This document shows, one piece after another, positions 45,856-55,740 of a DNA stretch of 64,000 nt. Origin of the DNA: Eggerthellaceae bacterium. Lineage in GTDB: Bacteria; Actinomycetota; Coriobacteriia; Coriobacteriales; Eggerthellaceae. The notes under the pieces were generated by a model that was not told the DNA's origin, did no database searches, and worked only from the letters and a program-made list of their open reading frames with translations. Each line of letters starts with the position of its first letter. The stretch's first letter is position 1. The translations under genes were made by a program, and so were the position numbers. Where the stretch lies: contig JALCHN010000005.1 of NCBI GenBank assembly GCA_022644775.1, forward strand, positions 5,920 through 69,919, read 5' to 3'.

Positions 45856-46776
45856 CTACCGCCGCTCTGCGCCCTGGGCCGCTTTGCTTTCCGCCTGTTC
45901 GGCCTGGCGCACGCGCTCCGCAGCCCGCTCCGCCTTGTCAGCGGCCTTTTCAGCCTTGGCGGCCGCGCGCTCTTTGGCCTTGCGAGCCTTGGCCTTGGCC
46001 TTGCGCTCGCGCTTGAGCTCCTTTTCGCTCAAGCCCGACGCCTCGTCTTCGTTGGAGAGCATGGTAAGGGCCGTGCGGGCGGCATGGCTTTCCGATTCCT
46101 TCTTGGTGCGGCCCACGCCGCGAGCGAGGGCCTTCACGCCGGCGAAGACCTGGGTGACGAAGGTGCGGTCGTGCGGCGGCCCCTGGGTTTCGATGAGCTT
46201 GTAGGTGGGCGTGATGCCGTCTTCCTGCAGACGCTCCTGCAGAACGCTTTTGGGGTTTTCGGGCTCTTTGGCCATGCTGATGTCCATGTGGTCGAGCAGG
46301 GTGCGGGCGATGAACTCCTTCACCGTTTCCATGCCGCCGTCCAGATAGAGCGCGGCCACCACAGCCTCGTAGACGTTTTCGAGCGCGGAATGCAGGCCGC
46401 GCCGGCCCGTGCCCCGCTCGGAGCTGCCGAAGATGATGAAATCGGCGAAGCCGAGCTCATCGGCCACCTTGGAGAGCGTCTCGCCGGACACGAGCGCCAC
46501 CTTGATGCGGGTGAGCCCGCCTTCGTCGATTTCGGGGAACCGGTGGAAGGCGGCGTCTGCCACGACGGCGCCTAAGATGCTGTCGCCCAAGAACTCGAGC
46601 CGTTCGTAGGAGTATTTGACCGGCTTGCCTTCGACGGCGGACGGATGGGTGATCGCGGAAAGCAGATATCGCTCCTGCTTGAAGCGGTACCCCAATATCT
46701 GCTGGGCGCGATCGAGCTTTTCGCGCTGCTCTCCCTGTGAGACCGTATCCACTTCTGCTTCCCTCCTTTGAGTCAA
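45856..46776 (-). CDS. rnc: ribonuclease III with a Lys/Ala-rich C-terminal tail
   Basis: Has the RNase III signature ERLEFLGDSIL and a dsRBD, followed by a KAKAKARKAKERAAAKAEKAADKAERAAE tail. Confidence 0.92.
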   Translation of the reverse strand: MTQRREAEVDTVSQGEQREKLDRAQQILGYRFKQERYLLSAITHPSAVEGKPVKYSYERLEFLGDSILGAVVADAAFHRFPEIDEGGLTRIKVALVSGETLSKVADELGFADFIIFGSSERGTGRRGLHSALENVYEAVVAALYLDGGMETVKEFIARTLLDHMDISMAKEPENPKSVLQERLQEDGITPTYKLIETQGPPHDRTFVTQVFAGVKALARGVGRTKKESESHAARTALTMLSNEDEASGLSEKELKRERKAKAKARKAKERAAAKAEKAADKAERAAERVRQAEQAESKAAQGAERR

Positions 46777-46838
46777 GAGCCGGCGCGGGAGGCACCCGGC
46801 GCCGGCGGCTGAACATGTGCAATTGGATATATGGTACT

Positions 46839-47837
46839 CTACGCGCTTTTCGGCTGGACCTCTTGCGCGATTAAATCAGAAACGTGGGCGCGGGCGATCG
46901 CGGCCGTGGTGAGCACGCCGTTCTTGATCGCGGTTTCGTTGGAAGAGCCGTGACCCACCGTGCAGGCCCCCTTGACGCCGAGCAGGGGCGCCGCCCCCAC
47001 CGTATCGGCCGAAAGCGACTGCTTCAGGTCGGTAAGGCCGCCCTTGACCAGGGCCGCAGCGAGCATCGTGAGCGCGTTCTTCTTGAAAACGCCTTTCAGT
47101 GCGCCCATGAGCGCGCCGGCGGTGCCCTCGATCGTCTTCAGGCAGACGTTGCCGGTGAAGCCGTCGGCGACGAAGACGTCGAAGCGGCCCGACAGGATGT
47201 CGGTGCCTTCCCCGTTGCCGGCGAAGTTGGGCAGGTGCTCGGCGAGCAGGGCGTGCGCCTCCTGCGCGAGGGCCGAGCCTTTGGCCTCTTCGGAACCGAT
47301 GTTGAGCAGGGCCACGCGGGGCGAGGCGATGCCCATGACCTTTTCGGCGTAGATCGAGGCCATCTGACCGAACTGCAAAAGGTATTCGGGCTTGCAATCG
47401 GCGTTGGCGCCGCAGTCGCACAAAAGGACCTGCTGCTTGGGCGCGGGCAGCACCGTGCAGAGGGCCGGGCGCTTGACGCCGCGGATGCGACCGATCACGA
47501 GCGTGCCGGCGCTCATGACGGCGCCGGTGGACCCGGCCGAAAAGAAGCCGTCGGCCGCGCCTTCCTTGACCTTGCGGCAGCCCACGACGATCGAGGAGTC
47601 CTTCTTCTTGCGCACGGCCTGGGCGGGATGCTCGCCCATCGCGATCTCTTCGGTGCAGACGACCGCCTCGCAGCGCTCGTGCGCAGCCGCGAAGGGCTCG
47701 ACCACGTCGGCCGGGCCGCAGAGCAAAACCTTCAGGTCGGCGTCGGCGGACAGGGCCGCTTCGACGCCCGGCAGCACGACCGGCGCGCCGGCGTCTCCGC
47801 CGATCGCGTCGACGGCAATGGTCACCGTTTCACTCAC
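46839..47837 (-). CDS. plsX: phosphate acyltransferase PlsX
   Basis: 332 aa beginning TIAVDAIGGDAGAP and matching PlsX over its full length. Confidence 0.93.
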   Translation of the reverse strand: MSETVTIAVDAIGGDAGAPVVLPGVEAALSADADLKVLLCGPADVVEPFAAAHERCEAVVCTEEIAMGEHPAQAVRKKKDSSIVVGCRKVKEGAADGFFSAGSTGAVMSAGTLVIGRIRGVKRPALCTVLPAPKQQVLLCDCGANADCKPEYLLQFGQMASIYAEKVMGIASPRVALLNIGSEEAKGSALAQEAHALLAEHLPNFAGNGEGTDILSGRFDVFVADGFTGNVCLKTIEGTAGALMGALKGVFKKNALTMLAAALVKGGLTDLKQSLSADTVGAAPLLGVKGACTVGHGSSNETAIKNGVLTTAAIARAHVSDLIAQEVQPKSA

Positions 47838-47948
47838 GTCAGTTTCCTTTCAGCGAGGGCCCGATCCGCCGAAGCGGCGCGCCCGCATTAAAAAAATCCC
47901 CCGGCCGCCGGGCGGCACAGGGGATTCGCTTCACTTGGAGGCAGCCAC

Positions 47949-48128
47949 CTACGCGGTTTCGATAACCTCGCGGTCGCGGTAGTAGCCGCAGTTCGGGCAC
48001 ACACGGTGCGGAAGCTTCACTTCGCCGCACTGGGGGCACACGGAACGGGCGGGCGCGGCGATCTTGTCGTTAGCGGAACGACGGTTATGGGTGCGGATGC
48101 GACCCATCTTTTGTTTAGGTACTGCCAT
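47949..48128 (-). CDS. rpmF: 50S ribosomal protein L32
   Basis: Not in the track because it is 59 aa. My translation is MAVPKQKMGRIRTHNRRSANDKIAAPARSVCPQCGEVKLPHRVCPNCGYYRDREVIETA. It has a Zn-ribbon CxxC...CxxC, and GGAGATA lies upstream. Confidence 0.92.
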   Translation of the reverse strand: MAVPKQKMGRIRTHNRRSANDKIAAPARSVCPQCGEVKLPHRVCPNCGYYRDREVIETA

Positions 48129-48307
48129 TTGTATCTCCTTTGTGTACAGCAGGGAACGTGCCCTTGCTGAAGTTCCACATGAACACGCGACGAATTATAT
48201 TAACGAACTCGCACGGAGGGCGCAAGACGTATCCACCGATACTTCATAGACGCATGCCCTGGTGCGGGCATGCCACGCTCCCGGGCGCATCTATAGGCCG
48301 AAGGCGG

Positions 48308-48898
48308 CTAGGCGTCCTTCGAATCGGACGGGGCCCCTTCCCCGCCGTCGCCGAAATCGATGCCCTTGAGCACCGAGAAGGGGTTGGCGGCGTCTTCGAA
48401 GCTCGCGCGCTCCTGCGCGCGCTTTTCGGCGCAGTCGCAGGTCTCGCGGTTGAGGTTGGCGCCGCAATCGGGGCACAGCCCCTTGCAATCTTCGCGGCAC
48501 AAGGGCACGAGCGGCACGTCGACCAGGATGGCCGCCTGCAGCAAGGGTTCGAGGTCGATCACATGGTCTTCGGACAGGCGCTCGTAGTCGTCTTCGTCGC
48601 GGTCTTCGGGCTCTTCGGCTTCGGGAAGCAGGAAGTAGCCTTCCACACGGCCGTCGATGTCGAGGTCGAAGTCGTCGAGGCAGCGGGCGCACGCGGTGGT
48701 ACCCACGCCCTTCACGTGACCGTCGACCACCAGAGCGTCACCGGTGTTGGACACCGTGACGGACCAGTCGAGCGGGCGCGCGAACCGGTAGGTGTCGGGA
48801 TTGGCGTCGAATTCGGGCAAGTCGAAGGTGCCCGTGAAGGTCTCGCATTCCGCCGGGGCGAACAGGCGGTCGGGGACTTCGATGCGCAGTGCGGACAT
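48308..48898 (-). CDS. yceD: DUF177 / YceD-family protein (large-subunit rRNA accumulation protein)
   Basis: 196 aa, acidic, with Cys motifs (CARCL, CPDCG). It holds the conserved position upstream of rpmF. Confidence 0.85.
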   Translation of the reverse strand: MSALRIEVPDRLFAPAECETFTGTFDLPEFDANPDTYRFARPLDWSVTVSNTGDALVVDGHVKGVGTTACARCLDDFDLDIDGRVEGYFLLPEAEEPEDRDEDDYERLSEDHVIDLEPLLQAAILVDVPLVPLCREDCKGLCPDCGANLNRETCDCAEKRAQERASFEDAANPFSVLKGIDFGDGGEGAPSDSKDA

Positions 48899-48908
48899 GG
48901 CACGGGCC

Positions 48909-49397
48909 CTAGCGGTTGGCGGGGCCGCCGGCGTTGGAGGCGCTCGAGTTTAGGCGGTCGCGGCAGCGGCGGACGTTGGCGAGCAGGGAGTCGAGGCTCT
49001 GCTCGACGTGGCCGAACACCTCGTCGGCGTAGTCTTCGGCGCCGGCGCGGGTCTCGCGCTCGAGCTCGCGCGCGTCGGCCATGATCTGGTCGGCCTGCTG
49101 CTGCGAAATGCGGACGATCTCCTGCTCGCTGGCGATCGTGAGCGCCTGGTTGCGGGCGTCTTCGATCATGCGATCTGCTTCTGCCTCGGCGTCGTCGAGC
49201 AGGCTCTGACGCTCGCGCACGATCTGGCGGGACTGAGCGAACTCGCTGGGGAACGCGTCGCGGATGTCGTCGATGATTTCGAAGGCGGCAGCCACGTCGA
49301 CCTGACGGATGTTGCTATTGCGACCGAAGGCGGGCTTCGAATCTTCAAGGAGGATCGAAAGCTCCTCGATCAACCCCAAAACTCCCGTTTCGTCCAT
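48909..49397 (-). CDS. hypothetical coiled-coil protein (ATP-synthase b-subunit-like heptad region)
   Basis: Starts at the ATG at 49397 (MDETGVLGLIEEL). The sequence is charged and helical (QSLLDDAEAEADRMIEDARNQA...). The first 43 aa of the track ORF were discarded. Confidence 0.6.
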   Translation of the reverse strand: MDETGVLGLIEELSILLEDSKPAFGRNSNIRQVDVAAAFEIIDDIRDAFPSEFAQSRQIVRERQSLLDDAEAEADRMIEDARNQALTIASEQEIVRISQQQADQIMADARELERETRAGAEDYADEVFGHVEQSLDSLLANVRRCRDRLNSSASNAGGPANR

Positions 49398-49565
49398 GTG
49401 TGTCCTTCCCAAATAAGCAGAGCGCGCAATAAATGCGATACGAATCCAAACAAAAGGGTATTTTAGCATGCGCCTTTTGAGGGCATGCAAAAATGCATGC
49501 GTACAGAACAATATCACATGTCGCATGCACCGCCCCGCACGGACGGCAAGGCGTTATCTGCCGGC

Positions 49566-50072
49566 TTACTGCTGGGTGGCCTCGTCGAGCGAGAACTTCT
49601 CGCAGAGGGCGTGGAAGACCGGCTTCGAGACGAACTGCTTGAACGGGCCGCCGTAGCTCGCGATCTCGCGCACGATCGACGACGACAGGTACATGTAGTT
49701 GGGCGGCGACATGATGAAGACCGTTTCGATACCCGGCTCGATTTCGTAGTTCATCGCGGTCATCTGGAACTCGTATTCGAAGTCGGTGATGGCGCGCAGG
49801 CCCTTCACCACGACCTTGGCGTCCATCTTGCGGGCGAAGTTCACCAGAAGGTCGTTGAAAGGCTCGACGCGGACGTTGGGCAGGTCGGCCACCGACGCCT
49901 GGGCCATGGCCACGCGCTCTTCCTGGGTGAACAGGCGGCCGTGCCCGTTTTTGGTGGGAGACGCGGCGACGGCGATGATGACCTCGTCGAAGATCTGCGC
50001 CGCGCGGCGCACGATGTCGAGGTGCCCTTCGGTGATGGGGTCGAACGTCCCCGGTACGAGCGCGCGTTTCAC
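49566..50072 (-). CDS. coaD: phosphopantetheine adenylyltransferase
   Basis: Starts at the GTG at 50072 (VKRALVPGTFDPITEGHLDIV), which overlaps the rsmD stop as GTGA. It carries the TxGH nucleotidyltransferase motif. Confidence 0.92.
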   Translation of the reverse strand: MKRALVPGTFDPITEGHLDIVRRAAQIFDEVIIAVAASPTKNGHGRLFTQEERVAMAQASVADLPNVRVEPFNDLLVNFARKMDAKVVVKGLRAITDFEYEFQMTAMNYEIEPGIETVFIMSPPNYMYLSSSIVREIASYGGPFKQFVSKPVFHALCEKFSLDEATQQ

Positions 50073-50644
50073 TTGCGGTTCCCTTCGAATACATCGACCA
50101 CGGTGTCGCCGTAGGTCTTTCTGGTCAACGGGCTCAAGTGTAGCCCATCGAAGGCGCCTTCGGCCACGGGATCTTGGCTGTCGTCGTGTTCGTAGACAAC
50201 CAGCGCGCCCGCGTCGAGCAACCCGGCCGCGGCAAGGCGGGACAGCAGGTTCGCCACGTCGGCGGCGCGCAGGGCGTAGGGCGGGTCGAGGTAGACCAAA
50301 TCGTAGGGAGCCGGCCCCGCAGCGGGCAGGCGCTTGGCCACGTCGACGCGCTGCACGCGGGCGCTTCCCCGCTCCACGAAGGAGGTGTTGCGGGCCAGGG
50401 CGTCGAGGGCTGCGCGGTCGCGGTCGCACAGGCAGGCGAACCGGGCCCCGCGCGAGAGCGATTCCACGCCGAGCGCCCCGCTGCCGGCGAAGGCGTCGAG
50501 CACCACCGCGTCTTCGAACCCTCCGCGCGCCGAGGCGATCGTGCTCATGAGCGACTCGCGCACCCGATCGGTCGTGGGGCGGGTGGTGCGCCCCTTGGGC
50601 GCGACGAGAGTGCGGCCCCGGTACAAGCCGGCGATCACGCGCAT
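50069..50644 (-). CDS. rsmD: 16S rRNA (guanine966-N2)-methyltransferase
   Basis: 191 aa beginning MRVIAGLYRGRTL, with the motifs DAFAGSGALG and DPPY. Confidence 0.9.
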   Translation of the reverse strand: MRVIAGLYRGRTLVAPKGRTTRPTTDRVRESLMSTIASARGGFEDAVVLDAFAGSGALGVESLSRGARFACLCDRDRAALDALARNTSFVERGSARVQRVDVAKRLPAAGPAPYDLVYLDPPYALRAADVANLLSRLAAAGLLDAGALVVYEHDDSQDPVAEGAFDGLHLSPLTRKTYGDTVVDVFEGNRK

Positions 50645-50646
50645 GG

Positions 50647-52857
50647 CTATTCCCCTTTCAGCGGCCCGAACATGCGGACCATTTCGTAGCGCAGCGCCTG
50701 ATGCGCCGGCTGGGACAGATCAGGATCGGATTCGAGCATCGTGCGGGCGTCTTCGTGCGCGGCTTCGATGACCGCCTTGTCGCGCACGACGTTGACGAGC
50801 TTGAGCACCGACGCGCCCGATTGGCGATTGCCCAGTATGTCGCCCTCGCGGCGCAGGGACAGGTCGAATTCGGCCAGCTCGAAGCCGTCGTTGGTGCGCT
50901 CCATCGCCGCCAGGCGCTCGAGAGCCGCCGGGGCCTTGCTCGCCGATACCAAGCACACCACGCCGGGGTGCTCGCCGCGGCCCACGCGGCCGCGCAGCTG
51001 GTGGAGCTGGGCCAGGCCGAAGCGGTCGGCGTCTTCGATGATCATGGCGGTCGCGTTGGGCACGTCGACGCCGACCTCGATCACCGTCGTGGCCACGAGC
51101 ACCTGGATCTCGCCGGCGAGGAAGCGGTCCATGACCTCTCGCTTTTCGTCGGCCTTCATCTTTCCGTGCAGGACGCCCACCTCGTAGCCGGGGAAGATCT
51201 TGGCCTGCAGGAACTGCGCCTCGTCGAGGGCGGCGCGGACGTCGCCGGGAGCGGCCATGTCCCGGGCGTCCTCGATCGCGATGTTGGCGTAGGCGTAATC
51301 GTCGTCGGAAGCGCCCTTGTCGGCCTTCTTGGGCTTGGGGGCCGCAGCGCCCACCAGCGGGCACACCACGTAGGCCTGGCGGCCGGCATCGAGTTCGTTG
51401 CGCACGATTTCGTAGGCCTCGCCGCGCTGGGCGAAGGGAAAGACGCGCGTGACGGTGGGCGTGCGCTCGAGCGGGCGATGGTGGATGTAGGACAGGGTCA
51501 TGTCGCCGTAGACCGCCAGGGCGAGCGAGCGCGGAATGGGCGTCGCCGTCATCGCGAGCACGTCGGCGCAGGCTCCCTTGGCCACGAGCTTCTCGCGCTG
51601 GGCCACGCCGAAGCGCTGCTGCTCGTCGATCACCGCGAGCGTGCAGCGCTTGGGACGCACGTCGGGTTCGAGCAGGGCGTGGGTGCCGAAGAGCACCTGC
51701 AGGCTGCCGTCGGCGAGCCCCGTGCAGATGGCTTCGCGGTCGGCGGCGTCGGTGGTGCCGGTGAGCAGGGCCCACGACACGCCCGCCGCGTCGAGCAGGG
51801 GCCCCAGCTTGCGGGCGTACTGCTGGGCGAGCACTTCGGTGGGGGCCATCATGAGGGCCTGGCCGCCGCTGTCGGCCGCCGCTGCCAGCCCGAAGGCCGC
51901 CACCGCCGTCTTGCCCGTGCCCACGTCGCCCAGAAGCATGTGGTTGGCGGGCCGGGGCGCGGCCATCGCGGCGAAGAGCTCGTCGCGCGCGCGGGCCTGC
52001 TCGTCGGTGAGGGCGAACGGCAGGGCCGCTTCGAGCGCCGCGACGTGCGGGCCGTCGACCGTGTGGGCGCAGGGCGCGCCGTCGCGCCCGCGCTGGCCGG
52101 AGGCGAGCATCAGGTGCAGCTCGAGCAGGAGGACCTCTTCGTAGGTGAGGCGGCGGCGGGCCCGGGCGGCTTCGTCCATCGTATGCGGGAAATGGATGCA
52201 GCGCAGGGCGCTGCCGCGGCTGTAGAAGTCGTAGCGGATGCGCAGAGCGGCCGGCAGCGGGTCGTCGAGCCCGCAGACCGCGTCGAGCGCGTTGCCCACC
52301 AGGGTGCGCATGAGCTTGGCGGGCACCTTCTCGCTCGCCGGATGCACGGCCAAGATCACGCCCCCGTTGGGCGAGGCCGGATCGATCGCTTCCAAATAGG
52401 GGTTGGTCATCCGCTTGAAGCCGTAGTTGAATTCCACTTTGCCCGAAGCCTGCAGCCAATCGCCCTTGTGCACGCGGTCCATGAGCCAGGGCTGGCGGAA
52501 GCAGGTGACCATGAGCGTGCCCGTTTGGTCGACGAGGGTGATTTCCACGATGGAGAGCCACTTCTTGCGCGTCTGCTTGAGCTTGATGTCGTAGACGCTG
52601 CCCACGACGGTGCAGGTGTCGTTGATCTGGGCGTCGGCGGCCGTGGTCACGCGGGTCATGTCGATGTAGCGGCGCGGGAAGTGGGTCACCAGGTCGCGCA
52701 CCGTTTTCACGCCGAGCTTGGCCAAGGCCGCCTGGCGGGCGCCCGAGATGGCCTTGACGCTCTGCACGGGCTTGTCGAGCGCCAAGGTAGCGGCAAGGCG
52801 GCTAGGGACCGCAGTCCCCGCCGCCTTGCGAGCCGGTGTGTTATGTGCGGCCGTCAC
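50647..52857 (-). CDS. recG: ATP-dependent DNA helicase RecG
   Basis: 736 aa with a wedge domain plus SF2 helicase motifs (GDVGTGKT, DEQQRFG, TATPIPR). Confidence 0.93.
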   Translation of the reverse strand: MTAAHNTPARKAAGTAVPSRLAATLALDKPVQSVKAISGARQAALAKLGVKTVRDLVTHFPRRYIDMTRVTTAADAQINDTCTVVGSVYDIKLKQTRKKWLSIVEITLVDQTGTLMVTCFRQPWLMDRVHKGDWLQASGKVEFNYGFKRMTNPYLEAIDPASPNGGVILAVHPASEKVPAKLMRTLVGNALDAVCGLDDPLPAALRIRYDFYSRGSALRCIHFPHTMDEAARARRRLTYEEVLLLELHLMLASGQRGRDGAPCAHTVDGPHVAALEAALPFALTDEQARARDELFAAMAAPRPANHMLLGDVGTGKTAVAAFGLAAAADSGGQALMMAPTEVLAQQYARKLGPLLDAAGVSWALLTGTTDAADREAICTGLADGSLQVLFGTHALLEPDVRPKRCTLAVIDEQQRFGVAQREKLVAKGACADVLAMTATPIPRSLALAVYGDMTLSYIHHRPLERTPTVTRVFPFAQRGEAYEIVRNELDAGRQAYVVCPLVGAAAPKPKKADKGASDDDYAYANIAIEDARDMAAPGDVRAALDEAQFLQAKIFPGYEVGVLHGKMKADEKREVMDRFLAGEIQVLVATTVIEVGVDVPNATAMIIEDADRFGLAQLHQLRGRVGRGEHPGVVCLVSASKAPAALERLAAMERTNDGFELAEFDLSLRREGDILGNRQSGASVLKLVNVVRDKAVIEAAHEDARTMLESDPDLSQPAHQALRYEMVRMFGPLKGE

Positions 52858-52869
52858 GCCCGAGCGAGC

Positions 52870-54501
52870 CTACTCGACGGAGAAGACGATCGGGTACAGG
52901 GGCTGGTCGCCGCGGTGCGGGTCGACCTCGACGTCGTCGTAGGTGGCTTCGATCTTCTGCACCAAAGCGTCGAACTCGTCCTGGGGCATGTCGGAGCCCG
53001 CCAAGATGGTGAGGGTGTCGGCGTCTTCTGCGTCCATGTCGGCGAGCAGGGCAAGCGTGACGTCGGCGATCGACGAGCCCACCTCTTCGATCGAGCCGTC
53101 GGCGATGCCGATCGTGTCGCCGTTCTTGATGGGGTTGCCGTGGGCGTCCTTGGCGTCCTTGATGGCCGTGGTGACCTCGCCGGTCCGCACGTCTTCCAGA
53201 GCTTCGGTCATGGCCTCGACGTTCTCTTCGAGCGAGGCGTCCTGGTCGACGGCGAACATGGCCGAAAACGCCGCGGGCACGCTCTTGGTGGGCACCACAG
53301 CAACGGGCACCTTTTCGGAAACCTGGGCGGCGCTCTGGGCTGCCATGATGATGTTGGAATTGTTGGGCAGGATGATGGCGGCGTCGCAGTTGAGCTGGTT
53401 GACCGCGTCGAGCAGGTCCTTGGTCGACGGGTTCATGGTCTGCCCACCCGAGACGACGTAGTCGACGCCCAGGCTTTCGAGGATCTTCGCGTTGCCCTCG
53501 CCCGCCGCGACGGCCACGAAGCCGATGTGCTTGTGCTCGCGCTCGTGTTCCGCTTCGAGCTTGGCGTTGCGGTCTTCGGCCTGCAGCTTCATGTTATGGA
53601 TGAAGACCTCGAAGATCTGGCCGCGGTCGAGGAAGTACTTGAGCACCTGGTCGGGGTGGTTGGAGTGCACGTGAACCTTGAACTTGGGGTTTTCGCCCAC
53701 GCAGAGCTCGCAGTCGCCCATGGTCTGCAGGAAGTCGAGGGCCTCTTCCCTGTCGAGGGTGTCGGAATCGACGAGGAACTCGTTGCAGTAGGTGTAGCGC
53801 GACCCTTCCCAGTCGTTGATGTGCTCGATTTCGACCTTGGGCTCGCCGTGGCCGATCGAGAGATCGTCGCCCATGGTCTTCTCATGCCCCTGCAGGGCGG
53901 CCACGAAGCTGTCGAAGAGGATCGCGAGGCCGAAGCCGCCGGCGTCTACCACGTTGTTTTCCTTTAGGACCGGCAGCAGTTCGGGCGTGCGCTGCACCGA
54001 TGCGTAGGATTCCGACACGATGAAGGTGAGGGCCTCGTCGAGCTCCATCTTCTTCTTGTTGGCCTTATGGGCGGCCGTGGCCGTGTCGCGCAGGACGGTG
54101 AGGATCGTGCCCTCGACCGGCTTGCGGACGGCCTGGAAGGCGGTGGTGACGGCGGTGTCGAAGGCCTTGTCGACGCTGGCCACGGTGAATTCGTCGGCCT
54201 GGGCCGCGCCTTCGCAGAGGCCGCGGAGGATCTGCGAGGTGATGACGCCGGAATTGCCGCGCGCGCCCATGAGGGCGCCCGTGGTGATGGCCTTGCGGAT
54301 GTCGGCGCGCGCGGCGCCGGCGGGCAGGGCGGCCAGGTTGTCACAGACCATCTTGATGGTGAGCGACATGTTCGTGCCCGTGTCCCCGTCGGGGACGGGG
54401 AACACGTTCAAGCGGTTCACTTCGTCTTTGCGCTGATCGAGCGTTCTTCCGGCAACCGCGATGGCGTTGAGGATGTCGGTGATCGAATAGGTATCTGCCA
54501 T
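52870..54501 (-). CDS. DAK2 domain-containing protein (YloV / fatty-acid-kinase-related)
   Basis: Starts at the ATG at 54501 (MADTYSITDILNAIAVAG...NVFPVPDGDTGTNM). The first 237 aa of track ORF 52870..55212 overlap asp23 and noncoding DNA and were discarded. Confidence 0.88.
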   Translation of the reverse strand: MADTYSITDILNAIAVAGRTLDQRKDEVNRLNVFPVPDGDTGTNMSLTIKMVCDNLAALPAGAARADIRKAITTGALMGARGNSGVITSQILRGLCEGAAQADEFTVASVDKAFDTAVTTAFQAVRKPVEGTILTVLRDTATAAHKANKKKMELDEALTFIVSESYASVQRTPELLPVLKENNVVDAGGFGLAILFDSFVAALQGHEKTMGDDLSIGHGEPKVEIEHINDWEGSRYTYCNEFLVDSDTLDREEALDFLQTMGDCELCVGENPKFKVHVHSNHPDQVLKYFLDRGQIFEVFIHNMKLQAEDRNAKLEAEHEREHKHIGFVAVAAGEGNAKILESLGVDYVVSGGQTMNPSTKDLLDAVNQLNCDAAIILPNNSNIIMAAQSAAQVSEKVPVAVVPTKSVPAAFSAMFAVDQDASLEENVEAMTEALEDVRTGEVTTAIKDAKDAHGNPIKNGDTIGIADGSIEEVGSSIADVTLALLADMDAEDADTLTILAGSDMPQDEFDALVQKIEATYDDVEVDPHRGDQPLYPIVFSVE

Positions 54502-54548
54502 GGTTGGTGAGTCTCTCCTTGAAGGGCCCGATGCGGGCCGCACGAATC

Positions 54549-54896
54549 CTACTTGCGGACCTTGACGCCCTGAACATGGACGTCCACGCCCGTGAGCGGG
54601 ACCTGTGCGTAGTGCGTGAGCGCGAACGAAACCGATTCGACGAGGTTCTGCGACACCGTGTTGATGTTGGTGCCGTATTCGATGATCACGTAGAGGTCGA
54701 CGTGCACGCCGTCTTCGTTCGTGTCGACGACCACGCCGCGGCGCAGGCGAGATGCGGGCAGGAGCTTGGCGATGCCGTCGGCCGCGCTGGGGGCCGACAT
54801 GCCCACGACGCCGTAGACATTCATCGCAGCGTTGCCTACCAGATCGGAGAGCACATCGTTGGCGACATGCAGATCGCCGGGAATAGAGTCTGCCAT
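54549..54896 (-). CDS. Asp23/Gls24 family envelope stress protein
   Basis: Starts at the ATG at 54896 (MADSIPGDLHVANDVLSDLVGNAAMNVYGVVGM). It has the conserved yloU-yloV-recG arrangement. Confidence 0.88.
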   Translation of the reverse strand: MADSIPGDLHVANDVLSDLVGNAAMNVYGVVGMSAPSAADGIAKLLPASRLRRGVVVDTNEDGVHVDLYVIIEYGTNINTVSQNLVESVSFALTHYAQVPLTGVDVHVQGVKVRK

Positions 54897-55167
54897 TTGT
54901 CTTCCTTTCACGGATGTCGAAGAGCACGAGCATCGAGAATATTTCAGCAGCATAGTATACCGCATAGGCTTCGCAGCCACCCGCGCCGGGCGTCGCTCGA
55001 GCAGTTCTCCATATTGGCTGGCCGGAGCGCGGGGCGTACCGCCTGCCGCGACCCCCGCACTGGGCGGGCGGGCGGCCCTCGTGCCGCCCGCCCGAAAACG
55101 CGCCTCGCCGCCGGACGGTTGCATCCGTTAGCATCGTCCGACGCAGCCCCGCGCCGCCGGGCGGCAG

Positions 55168-55272
55168 CGTTTCCCCACGTCCCCGGGTCGGGCGCCATAG
55201 CCGCCGCGCCAACCACTCAAGCGTGGCGCTTCCCCACGCCCCGAGCCGAATGCCATAGCCGCCGCATCAACC
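55168..55272. repeat. imperfect tandem duplication (about 47 nt units, period about 59 nt)
   Basis: The first unit is gcgtttccccacgtccccgggtcgggcgccatagccgccgcgccaacc. The second is gcgcttccccacgccccgagccgaatgccatagccgccgcatcaacc. Both lie in the divergent asp23-rpmB spacer. Confidence 0.6.
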
Positions 55273-55498
55273 GCACCGGACGGCGGCGCTAGAGGACGAG
55301 CCCCAGAAAGCCGATCCCCGTCTTCCCCGTTGTGGACACACCCGGACGCGTGTTATTATGCGTAGATAGTGTGAACCGCTCCGCATGCGCCGGGGAAATT
55401 TCTTTCCCTCGCCTTTCGCCTCGTGGTATATTACGAAGGCTTTTTGTGATGCATGCCTACGCGGGTAGGCCAAAAACATACAGTCTGGAGTGATTTGA

Positions 55499-55690
55499 AT
55501 GTCCAAGGTTTGCGAAATCTGCGGTAAGGCACCGGTTGCTGGTCGTAGCGTCAGCCACTCTCATCGCGTGACCAACCGTTGGTTCCGTCCCAACGTGCAG
55601 AAGATGACCATCAAGGAAGCCAACGGCCGCGTGCGCAAGGCCAACGTGTGTACCAAGTGCCTGAAGGCCGGCAAGGTCACTCGCGCTTAA
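55499..55690 (+). CDS. rpmB: 50S ribosomal protein L28
   Basis: 63 aa beginning [34 protein letters not shown]. Confidence 0.96.
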   Translation: MSKVCEICGKAPVAGRSVSHSHRVTNRWFRPNVQKMTIKEANGRVRKANVCTKCLKAGKVTRA

Positions 55691-55712
55691 GCAACTCATA
55701 TAAGAGTTCGCA

Positions 55713-55740
55713 AACCCGTCTCTTCGGAGGCGGGTTTTTT
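55713..55740 (+). terminator. rho-independent terminator of rpmB
   Basis: The sequence is aacccgtctc-ttcg-gaggcgggtt followed by TTTT. Confidence 0.85.

Noticed and set aside
54502-55212. The upstream extension of the DAK2 ORF (780 aa in the track). The same applies to the extensions of glyQ (to 37614), ppaC (to 62136), the PPDK regulator (to 33819), coaD (to 50429) and asp23 (to 55124).
   Set aside because: The extensions overlap neighbouring genes or noncoding DNA and have aberrant composition. Canonical family N-termini with Shine-Dalgarno sequences are found at the internal starts used in the feature list.
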